From the NCBI GenBank assembly GCA_964398115.1, contig CAYNLP010000003.1, positions 1 to 64,000 of the forward strand: DNA of 64,000 bases, in the 5' to 3' direction. How positions within the stretch are numbered: position 1 is the first letter of the stretch; each line of letters begins with the position of its first letter. The notes beneath the pieces were generated by a model. It was given only the letters and a program-made list of their open reading frames with translations. It made no database searches and was not told the DNA's origin. A program made the translations under genes and the position numbers. Below are positions 56,273 to 64,000 of this stretch, piece by piece. Origin of the DNA: an uncultured Methanosarcinales archaeon. GTDB lineage: Archaea > Nanobdellota > Nanobdellia > Woesearchaeales > CAYNLP01.

Positions 56273-58894
56273 ATGGAAGCTTACAGCAAGGATAAAAAAG
56301 AGGTGTTAGACTTCTATAGCTCTTCAGAAAGTGGTCTTTCTAGCAGTGAAGCCGAACAGCATTTAGAAAAGTATGGTGAGAACGAGATTGAACAAGGTGA
56401 AGAAATAAGCCGACTGGAAATATTTCTAGAACAGTTCAAAAGTTCTATAGTGTGGGTTTTGATAGTAGCCACAGTAATATCGGCATTGCTAGGTGAATGG
56501 ATTGATGCAACCGCTATCTTGATAATACTGGTTTTGAACGCAATACTTGGATATATACAAGAGTTTAGAGCAGAGAAATCAATTGAAGAGTTGAAAAAGC
56601 TTGCCGCGCCAAAAGCCACAGTTTTGAGAGATGGTAAACCAGTTGAGGTTGAATCTAAAAATGTAGTACCAGGAGATGTTTTATTATTAGAAACTGGTGA
56701 TAAAATCCCAGCTGATGCTAGAATTCTTAACTCTGACAGTTTACAAACTCAAGAAGCTGTACTGACAGGAGAGTCAGTCCCTGTTAAAAAACATTCTGAC
56801 ACTCTCACTAATGGTTTAGAGGTTGGAGAACGTAAAAACATGATTTTCTCAGGTACTGTCGTGACTAAAGGAAAAGGTAAGGCAGTAGTTACCGAAACAG
56901 GTATGCATACTGAAATGGGGCAAATCGCTGATATGATACAAAGCAGCGGAGAATCTATGACTCCATTACAGGAGAAACTGGATGTTTTAGGTCACAAGCT
57001 GGGAATTTTAACTTTAGTTGTTTCTGCTGTTGTTTTCTTAGTAGGTGTTTTCAGCGGTAGAAGCATGTTAGAGATGTTCTTGATAGCGGTTAGCTTAGCT
57101 GTCGCAGCTATTCCTGAAGGCCTTCCGGCAGTCATTACTATATCCCTTTCGTATGGGGTTCAGAGGATGTTGGATGAAAACGCGTTGGTTAGGAGACTTC
57201 CTAGCGTGGAAACTTTGGGGAGTACTACTGTTATTTGTACGGATAAGACTGGCACTTTAACTCACAATGAAATGACTGTGACGAAGTTGTTTGTAGATGA
57301 TAGAGTTGTGGATGTGACGGGTCGAGGTTACGAACCTGACGGAGAAGTTCAAGGTAAAGTTGATCCGATGGTTTTCAAGATTGGCGCTTTGTGTAATGAT
57401 TCAAAGTTGGTAGAAGAGGAATGGACTGTCGTTGGAGATCCAACAGAGGGTTGCCTCTTAACAAGTGCTCGAAAAGCTGGTTTGAATGAGAAAAAGTTAG
57501 AGGATGAAGAACCTCGGATTGGTTCTATTCCATTTGATAGTAAAAGAAAGAGAATGACTACTATTCATAAAACTGGTGATGGCAGGTTTGCTTATATGAA
57601 AGGGGCTCCGGAAGTTGTTTTGGATAGGTGTGATAGGCGTTTGGTCAATGGTGAAGTTAAAGAACTAACTGATAGTGATAAGGAAGAGATATTGGAAGCT
57701 AATAAAGATTTTTCTCAAAACGCTCTGCGTGTTCTCGGATTTGCTTACAAAAAAATTGAGGAGAAAGAAGAGTACGGTGAAGAAGACGAACAGGGCATGG
57801 TTTTTGCTGGATTACAAGGCATGATTGATCCTCCTAGAGAAGAAGTTAGAGAAGCTATCAAGAAGTGTAAGAAAGCAGGTATTAAAGTTATCATGGTTAC
57901 GGGTGATCATAAAAACACTGCGCTTGCCATCGCGGACGAACTTGGTATCGAGGGCAAGGCTTTGGAAGGTAAGGATATGAAGAACACTAACTTGGAAGAA
58001 GAAGTTGAAGATATTGGCGTTTTTGCTCGTGTGAGTCCCGAGCATAAATTGGCTATAATCAATGCTTTGAAAGATAATGGTCATATCGTGGCTATGACTG
58101 GTGATGGTGTTAACGACGCTCCTGCTTTGAAGAAGAGTGATATCGGTGTTGCAATGAGGATAACTGGTACGGACGTGGCTAAGGAAGCAAGTGAGATGAT
58201 ATTAACTGATGATAATTTTGCTAGTATTGTCAACGCTGTTGAACAAGGAAGAGGAATTTATGACAATATCAAGAAGTTTGTTAATTACTTACTTTCTAGC
58301 AACTTCGGTGAGGTTTTAGCTTTGTTTTTAGCTATGATTATTGGATTTACTGGTTCAGATGGTAATCTTATAGTTCCTTTCCTCGCGTTACAGTTGCTAT
58401 GGATTAACTTAGTTACTGATAGTTTACCAGCTCTAGCTTTAGGGGTGGATCCTCCAGAAAAAGATATAATGAGTAGGAAACCTCGAGATCCAGAAGAGAA
58501 AATTATTAATTCTAACATGGCTTGGAACATCGGGGTTATCGGAGTGTTAATAGCTATCCCTTCATTAGTCTTGTTCGACTTATATTTGCCTTTGGAAGAA
58601 AAGGCTCGTACGATGGCAACTACTAGCTTGGTCGTGATGGAAATTGTTAGGTTACAGATGATTAGACAGAGTTATCATGTAGAATTGGGGGACAATCCTT
58701 ACTTGATATGGTCTGTGCTTGGAGTTTTGACTTTACAGTTTATTGCTGTCTACACACCATTGAACAGCATTCTTGGTTTCGTCCCACTAGAGTTAGTAGA
58801 TTGGGCATTGGTTGGTATTGGCGGTGCTCTCATGCTAATAGTTGGATTGGGAGCTAGTGGTTTGATAAAGAGATGGACTCATAAAAGAGATTGA
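56273..58894 (+). CDS. P-type IIA (Ca2+-type) cation-transporting ATPase
   Basis: TGES, PEGL, DKTGT, KGAPE, TGD, GDGVND, WINLVTD. Confidence 0.96.
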   Translation: MEAYSKDKKEVLDFYSSSESGLSSSEAEQHLEKYGENEIEQGEEISRLEIFLEQFKSSIVWVLIVATVISALLGEWIDATAILIILVLNAILGYIQEFRAEKSIEELKKLAAPKATVLRDGKPVEVESKNVVPGDVLLLETGDKIPADARILNSDSLQTQEAVLTGESVPVKKHSDTLTNGLEVGERKNMIFSGTVVTKGKGKAVVTETGMHTEMGQIADMIQSSGESMTPLQEKLDVLGHKLGILTLVVSAVVFLVGVFSGRSMLEMFLIAVSLAVAAIPEGLPAVITISLSYGVQRMLDENALVRRLPSVETLGSTTVICTDKTGTLTHNEMTVTKLFVDDRVVDVTGRGYEPDGEVQGKVDPMVFKIGALCNDSKLVEEEWTVVGDPTEGCLLTSARKAGLNEKKLEDEEPRIGSIPFDSKRKRMTTIHKTGDGRFAYMKGAPEVVLDRCDRRLVNGEVKELTDSDKEEILEANKDFSQNALRVLGFAYKKIEEKEEYGEEDEQGMVFAGLQGMIDPPREEVREAIKKCKKAGIKVIMVTGDHKNTALAIADELGIEGKALEGKDMKNTNLEEEVEDIGVFARVSPEHKLAIINALKDNGHIVAMTGDGVNDAPALKKSDIGVAMRITGTDVAKEASEMILTDDNFASIVNAVEQGRGIYDNIKKFVNYLLSSNFGEVLALFLAMIIGFTGSDGNLIVPFLALQLLWINLVTDSLPALALGVDPPEKDIMSRKPRDPEEKIINSNMAWNIGVIGVLIAIPSLVLFDLYLPLEEKARTMATTSLVVMEIVRLQMIRQSYHVELGDNPYLIWSVLGVLTLQFIAVYTPLNSILGFVPLELVDWALVGIGGALMLIVGLGASGLIKRWTHKRD

Positions 58895-58935
58895 CCGATA
58901 TTTTTATAATGAAGTAAGTTGTTCTTTTTATTAGA

Positions 58936-59787
58936 ATGAAATTTTTGATAATTGGTGACTTACACGGTAAAGTACCTGAATTTTATTATGATGATTTCGA
59001 CGCTATCATAGCACCGGGTGATTTCTGCAGTAGTGAAATGAGGGAATACGTTTTTGAGGCTATTGAAAGACAGAATGATGGTGAAGAAATCCAGTGGTAT
59101 GACATTCCTGGCAAGGGTGAAGCGAAAGAATTAATTGAGGAAAGCCTAGAAGCGGGTCGTGAAGTTTTAGAAACTTTGAATGATAAAGGCGTTCCTGTTT
59201 ACTTGGTTCCGGGCAATTGGGATTGGACGAGTCAAGTTGAAGAAGATTGGGAGTTTCTTCAAAGAGATCATTTTGAAGAAAAGTTAATCAAAGGTTTGGA
59301 TAACGTTGTTAACTTAGATATGTGGATTGCCGATACGGATGGATTTCAGATAATTGGTTATGGAAGGAGTTATGGACCTGAATATCCTCAGAGTGAGGAA
59401 GAACTTGAAGGTCTTGACTTGGATGAGTTGAAAAAGGTTAAGGATGATCATGACGAGACTTTTGACAAACTTGCCAGTTTATTTGAACAAGCTACCAAGC
59501 CTGTTATTTTCTTAACTCATAATGTTCCGTATGATACTCCTTTAGATGTTGTTGGTATGGAAGAGAGTCCGAGGCATGGAGAGCATTATGGAAGTGTTAT
59601 ATCGAAAGAGTTAGTTCGGGAATATCAGCCATTAGTTTGTATTGGGAGTCATATACATGAACATTATGGACAGTGTGAGGTTGGAAACACTACTGTTATC
59701 AACTCTGGTTTTGGAAGTGACAAAAATACTTTGCTTGAAGTTGGAAATGGGAGAATTAAGAATTTGGAGTTTCATCAGACAGAGTAA
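58936..59787 (+). CDS. Metallophosphoesterase (Icc-related)
   Basis: GDLHG, GD, GNWD, THNVP, HIHE. Confidence 0.9.
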   Translation: MKFLIIGDLHGKVPEFYYDDFDAIIAPGDFCSSEMREYVFEAIERQNDGEEIQWYDIPGKGEAKELIEESLEAGREVLETLNDKGVPVYLVPGNWDWTSQVEEDWEFLQRDHFEEKLIKGLDNVVNLDMWIADTDGFQIIGYGRSYGPEYPQSEEELEGLDLDELKKVKDDHDETFDKLASLFEQATKPVIFLTHNVPYDTPLDVVGMEESPRHGEHYGSVISKELVREYQPLVCIGSHIHEHYGQCEVGNTTVINSGFGSDKNTLLEVGNGRIKNLEFHQTE

Positions 59788-59824
59788 GGTTTAAAACTAT
59801 TATTACCTTTTAATTTTCTTTACT

Positions 59825-60799
59825 ATGAAAGATTTTTTAGAAAAGTTAGATACTATCCCTGATACTGAAGATATTGAGATTAAACCTGGTTTTGAAGATC
59901 GATATAGAAAGCTTTTGGGAAGTGATTATGGAGATTTCTTAAGGTATAGTTTGTCTTTTTTGAATAAGAGTATTCGTGTGAATACTTTGAAAGTTGACGT
60001 AGAGACTGTTAAGGAAAGATTGAGTGAGGGTTGGAGTTTGGAAAGTATTCCTTGGTGTAAGGAAGGTTTTTGGATTGAGGATAAGGAGAAGGAAAGATAT
60101 GACATTGGTAATATTCCAGAGCATCAACTTGGTTATTTTTATGTTCAGGAAGCGGCTAGTATGATACCACCTCTTGTTTTAAATCCTGGTGTTGATGATA
60201 AAGTGTTGGATATGTGTGCTGCGCCTGGTAGTAAGACAACGCAGATGGCTAGTTTAATGAATAATAAAGGGGTTTTAGTTGCGAATGATGTGAGTACTAG
60301 TCGCATGGGTGCTTTAGGTATTAATATTCAAAAGTGTGGGGTGGAGAATGCTGTCATGACTCAAATGCCTGGTCACGTGTTTAAGCATAAGGAAACACGT
60401 TTTGATAAGGTGTTGGTTGACGCACCTTGTAGTGGGACTGGCACGATAAGGACTAGTTTGAGGACTTTGAAAACTTGGAATCCTGATAGTATTAGGAAAT
60501 TGCAGGGGGTTCAAAAGCAGTTGTTGGATAGTGGTTTTGGCTCTTTGGAAAAAGGTGGTGTAGTGGTTTATAGTACTTGTACTTTAGAGCCGGAGGAGAA
60601 TGAAGAGGTTGTTACTTACTTGTTGGATAAGTATGAAGGTGCTGAGCTTGTAAGTTTTGATTTAGATATTAATGAGAGTGAAGTGGTGAGGGAGTTTAAT
60701 GGAGAGAGTTATCATAGAGATATTGATAAGTGTTTGAGGATTTATCCGCAGGATAATAACACTGAGGGTTTCTTTGTTGCTAAGATTAAGAAGAAATAG
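59825..60799 (+). CDS. RsmB/NOP2-family RNA m5C methyltransferase
   Basis: QEAASM, DMCAAPGSKT, DAPCSG, YSTC. Confidence 0.96.
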   Translation: MKDFLEKLDTIPDTEDIEIKPGFEDRYRKLLGSDYGDFLRYSLSFLNKSIRVNTLKVDVETVKERLSEGWSLESIPWCKEGFWIEDKEKERYDIGNIPEHQLGYFYVQEAASMIPPLVLNPGVDDKVLDMCAAPGSKTTQMASLMNNKGVLVANDVSTSRMGALGINIQKCGVENAVMTQMPGHVFKHKETRFDKVLVDAPCSGTGTIRTSLRTLKTWNPDSIRKLQGVQKQLLDSGFGSLEKGGVVVYSTCTLEPEENEEVVTYLLDKYEGAELVSFDLDINESEVVREFNGESYHRDIDKCLRIYPQDNNTEGFFVAKIKKK

Positions 60800-60800
60800 T

Positions 60801-61238
60801 TTACTTTCTTGCTTTTTCGATCTTGCCTTCTAGGAGGGCTTCTAGGCTTTGGTCGTTTACTTTGATAACTTCCCATCGTACTCCTGGAATGTCTCCTTTG
60901 CTTTTTCCCATGCTTCCTCCAATGCATTCGATGGTTACTTCGTCGTGTTCGTCAATTAATTTAATCGCGTCTTCTCCGGGTACGAACGCGCTTACTTGCT
61001 TTCCGTTTTTGATAAGTTGGACTCTCACACATTTTCTCATAGCGCTGTTTGGTTGTTTAGCTTCTAACTGCATTTTTTCTAAGACTATTCCGGATGCTTG
61101 GCTAGCTCCGCTAAGAGGATCGCTTTTTTCTTTCAAGCCGTAGAGCTTGCTGACGTATTCCTGGTTGGACTTTCTGTGCTTTTTCCTTCTATCGTTAAGT
61201 TTTTTTCCAGCGTTTAGTCCGTTTGCTTTTTTTCCCAT
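60801..61238 (-). CDS. rps12: 30S ribosomal protein uS12
   Basis: [23 protein letters not shown]. Confidence 0.97.
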   Translation of the reverse strand: MGKKANGLNAGKKLNDRRKKHRKSNQEYVSKLYGLKEKSDPLSGASQASGIVLEKMQLEAKQPNSAMRKCVRVQLIKNGKQVSAFVPGEDAIKLIDEHDEVTIECIGGSMGKSKGDIPGVRWEVIKVNDQSLEALLEGKIEKARK

Positions 61239-61660
61239 TATCCTTCAACCTTTATATCTTCAAATTCGAAGTAGTGGTCGACGATTTTTTTCATCTTTTT
61301 GAGGTTTCGACCGTTTCGTCCTATGATAAGACCGTTGGTTTGTGAGTCTCCTCCGTCGATTCGGATGATTCCGTCGTCGTCTTCAATCTTTTCAAGTTCT
61401 AAGGGATTTAAAAAGTTTACTATGAATTGTATGATGTCGTTGTCGTATTCGACTATTTTCACTTTTTCGTTGATCATATCTTGTATTTTCTTAACGTTTT
61501 TCTTGTTACGTCCGAGGGCTTTTCCCATTTCGCCTTCTTGTACTATGTATGTGAGTCGGTCTCTGTAGTAAAAGGCGTCTTTGACTTTTGCCCCTGTTTG
61601 GTCTTCAAACAAGGTTATTTTTTTGATTAGTTCTGTGTCGTACTTCACTTTAGAAAGCAC
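61238..61660 (-). CDS. nusA: Archaeal NusA (two KH domains)
   Basis: [21 protein letters not shown]; position in the rpo operon. Confidence 0.92.
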   Translation of the reverse strand: MLSKVKYDTELIKKITLFEDQTGAKVKDAFYYRDRLTYIVQEGEMGKALGRNKKNVKKIQDMINEKVKIVEYDNDIIQFIVNFLNPLELEKIEDDDGIIRIDGGDSQTNGLIIGRNGRNLKKMKKIVDHYFEFEDIKVEG

Positions 61661-61921
61661 CTATTTTTTGCGGGCTAGAACTGTGATTGGGTATGGTTCT
61701 CTGCAGAGAACGCCTACTTCTTCATTTGTCATGTCTAGTTCTTCTAGTTCTGTCCCGTTCATGTTGCAGTATCTTTTCAAATCTTTGAGAACTTTTTCGG
61801 GTGTGTTGTTAGCTGTGAATACTTTGTCTAATTCGTCTTTTTTGAGCATTTTCTTCACTTCTTCTGTTCCTTTTACTATTTGTTCTGTGTCTGCTATTTC
61901 TCTTACTTCTTTTTGTGTCAT
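61661..61921 (-). CDS. rpl30e: 50S ribosomal protein eL30
   Basis: GTEEVKK, ANNTP, EVGVLCREPY; lies between rpoA'' and nusA. Confidence 0.88.
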   Translation of the reverse strand: MTQKEVREIADTEQIVKGTEEVKKMLKKDELDKVFTANNTPEKVLKDLKRYCNMNGTELEELDMTNEEVGVLCREPYPITVLARKK

Positions 61922-61924
61922 TTT

Positions 61925-63064
61925 TTATTCACTTTGTTTTTTTGTTACTAGTCTTGGTAATCCTGTCCCGACTGGTATGGGTTGGTTTATCATAACGTTT
62001 TCGATTACGCTGTTGAGTTCGTCTATTTCTCCTATTAGGCTTGCGTTTATTATGTGTTTGAGTGGTGTTTCGAAGCTTGCTCTTGCTAGCACGCTTGGTT
62101 TTTCTTTTACAATGCCGTATCGGGTTATTCCTTGGAGTTCTCCGCTCATTGTCATTAGATCAGCTACGAGCATTATGTGTCGGATGTCGATGTTGATACC
62201 TTGGCTTTCTGTTACTTGGTTGACTTCGTTTATTATGGCTTGTCTTACGGCTTCGACTCCGAAGCATTCTTCTATTTCGTATAGGTCATTGCTTGTAGTT
62301 CTTGTTGGATCGACTTCTTTGTACTTTAACACTCTTTTCAAGTTGGTGCCTGATGTTACGATGACGTATTCGTCTCCTCTTTTTACTGGGAGTACTTGGT
62401 CTATTCCGTTTATTCCGCTGATGTATACGTCTTTAATTTTTTCTTTTAGTTTGTATATATCTCCGGCTTCTTGGCCTTCGGCTGGTTTGATTACTATTGT
62501 TGTGTCTTCTAGGGTTAGGTTGAATTTTTTGTAGGGTTTCTTTCTTTTTACTTTGCCGAATACTCTTCTTGCGCTTAGGCTGTAGTTTTCTAGTTTGTTT
62601 TTGCTTAGTTTAACTTTTAGGCTTGATTCTGCCATGTCTATGCTTATTTCTTCTATTAGGTCTTTAACTCTGGTTTCTTTGATTCTTTCGGCTATTTTTT
62701 TGACTTGTTCTTCGTCTTGTTGGTATTCTTCTTGTAGGTATATTTCCATCATTTCTGTGCTTAATGTTTTTCTTGCGTCTAGGATTTCGATTAGTCTGGG
62801 TAGGCCTGTTGTGACGTTCATTTCTGCTACTCCTGCGAAGTGGAACGTGTTCAGAGTCATCTGTGTTCCTGGTTCTCCTATGCTTTCTGCTCCGACGAGT
62901 CCTACGCTTTCCCCTGGTTCGGCGAGGCTTTTCTTGTATTCTTGGTGTACGCGGTCCATTATTTGTTCTATTTCGTTATCGGACGCGTCTGCTGGTAGGT
63001 TATCTTTGACGTCTTGGATTACTTGTTTTGGTAGTTTGTCTTCGTATTCTTCGACTACGCTCAT
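61925..63064 (-). CDS. rpoA2: RNA polymerase subunit A''
   Basis: [36 protein letters not shown]. Confidence 0.97.
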   Translation of the reverse strand: MSVVEEYEDKLPKQVIQDVKDNLPADASDNEIEQIMDRVHQEYKKSLAEPGESVGLVGAESIGEPGTQMTLNTFHFAGVAEMNVTTGLPRLIEILDARKTLSTEMMEIYLQEEYQQDEEQVKKIAERIKETRVKDLIEEISIDMAESSLKVKLSKNKLENYSLSARRVFGKVKRKKPYKKFNLTLEDTTIVIKPAEGQEAGDIYKLKEKIKDVYISGINGIDQVLPVKRGDEYVIVTSGTNLKRVLKYKEVDPTRTTSNDLYEIEECFGVEAVRQAIINEVNQVTESQGINIDIRHIMLVADLMTMSGELQGITRYGIVKEKPSVLARASFETPLKHIINASLIGEIDELNSVIENVMINQPIPVGTGLPRLVTKKQSE

Positions 63065-64000
63065 TCTTCTGTCACCTCATCGATTATGTCTCTGACGTTA
63101 AGCCGTCCTTCTTCGCTTTTGCTTACGTCTAAACCGTCTTCTCCGTAGTTGTATTGTACGATTCTTCCGGCGGCTTCTCTCACGGTGAAATCATATTCGA
63201 CTTTGAGGTCTTGCAATGCATTTGCGAGTCTTCTGTATAGATATCCTGATTTGGGTGTTCTTAATGCTGTGTCCATAAGGCTGTCTCTTCCAGTCATTGC
63301 CATGAAGAACATTTCGTGTGGGTCTAGTCCTTCTTTGAAGCCGTGTTGTATGAATCCTCGAGCGGCGGGTTTTAAGTCGTTTCTTTTGAACGCGCTTAAG
63401 GTTCTGTCTTTATATCCGGTTTCGATTCTTCCTCCTCGTAGGGCTTGTTGTCCTACACACGCGGCCATTTGTGCTACGTTGATGAGGTTTCCTCGAGCTC
63501 CGGATTTGACCATGCTCATCGTGTTTGAGTGTTGTTTGGCTTTTTGTGCTACGACTTTTCCGCTTTCGTTTCTTGCTTTGTTTAGTCTTTCTAAAATTTT
63601 GAGTTCTAGTGTTTCTCTCAGGTCTCTTCCTGGTATTAGGTCGAGTTCGCCTTGTTCATATTTTTTGATTAGGTCATCTACGTCTTTGTTTGCGTTTTCA
63701 ATGATTTTTTGTACTTCTTCTTCGGCTTCTGGTGTTAGGTCTACATCTGCTAAGCCGCTTGTAAAGCCGAATTTGGTTAGGACTTCTAGTCCGAGTCTGT
63801 ATATGTGTTCCATTATTTCTACGGATTTGTCTTCTCCGTATTTCTTGTGTAGTCTTCTTAGGAGGAGTCCGCTGCCGACACCGATGTTTCCATCGTTTAA
63901 TATGCCTTCTTTCATTTCTCCGTTTTCTATGAGTACGGCGTCTTCGTCGTCTTTTCTTTCTTTGTAGTTGAAGTCTTCGGGCATGATGCAGCTGAATACT
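63061..64000 (-). CDS. rpoA1: RNA polymerase subunit A', C-terminal part (runs off the window)
   Basis: [29 protein letters not shown]. Confidence 0.97.
   Translation of the reverse strand, partial: VFSCIMPEDFNYKERKDDEDAVLIENGEMKEGILNDGNIGVGSGLLLRRLHKKYGEDKSVEIMEHIYRLGLEVLTKFGFTSGLADVDLTPEAEEEVQKIIENANKDVDDLIKKYEQGELDLIPGRDLRETLELKILERLNKARNESGKVVAQKAKQHSNTMSMVKSGARGNLINVAQMAACVGQQALRGGRIETGYKDRTLSAFKRNDLKPAARGFIQHGFKEGLDPHEMFFMAMTGRDSLMDTALRTPKSGYLYRRLANALQDLKVEYDFTVREAAGRIVQYNYGEDGLDVSKSEEGRLNVRDIIDEVTEE

Noticed and set aside
1..64000. CRISPR arrays, transposases, reverse transcriptase/DGR, inteins, recoded stop codons
   Set aside because: None seen by eye; conserved genes have normal lengths and use all three stop codons

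Overview
Archaeal chromosome segment. Gene content and style suggest DPANN, most likely a Woesearchaeota-like lineage, and the acidic proteins suggest a saline habitat (both are inference). Core genes: exosome/SBDS/proteasome/RNase P operon, TFE, TFB, thermosome, GluRS, EF-1a/EF-2/uS10, L7Ae-S28e-L24e-ndk, and rpoA'-rpoA''-L30e-nusA-uS12. There are 8 tRNA genes, one with an intron. Several genes are of bacterial or haloarchaeal type (metK, class II lysS, NAD-dependent ligA, PolX, proline dehydrogenase, UPF0182). I saw no CRISPR array, transposase, integrase or rRNA. One scaffold gap splits a UDG gene. Five genes absent from the ORF track were read by hand: partial rrp41, a 51-aa membrane protein, two Zn-finger microproteins and a 54-aa histone. 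Best leads: (1) a LysM-TM-HTH protein divergent from a lipoprotein Zn-protease, a candidate cell-wall-glycan sensing system; (2) a switch-like structured leader on tfe that shares a 19-nt motif with the thermosome leader; (3) a tRNA-Met intron with a K-turn and an antisense element pointing at its own C34; (4) an operon of Mrr-type nuclease, coiled coil and a degenerate YkuD-like membrane protein; (5) kb-scale strand-skew patches independent of gene direction; (6) a CBS-HPF hibernation factor. All family calls come from recognising motifs by eye; no searches were run.
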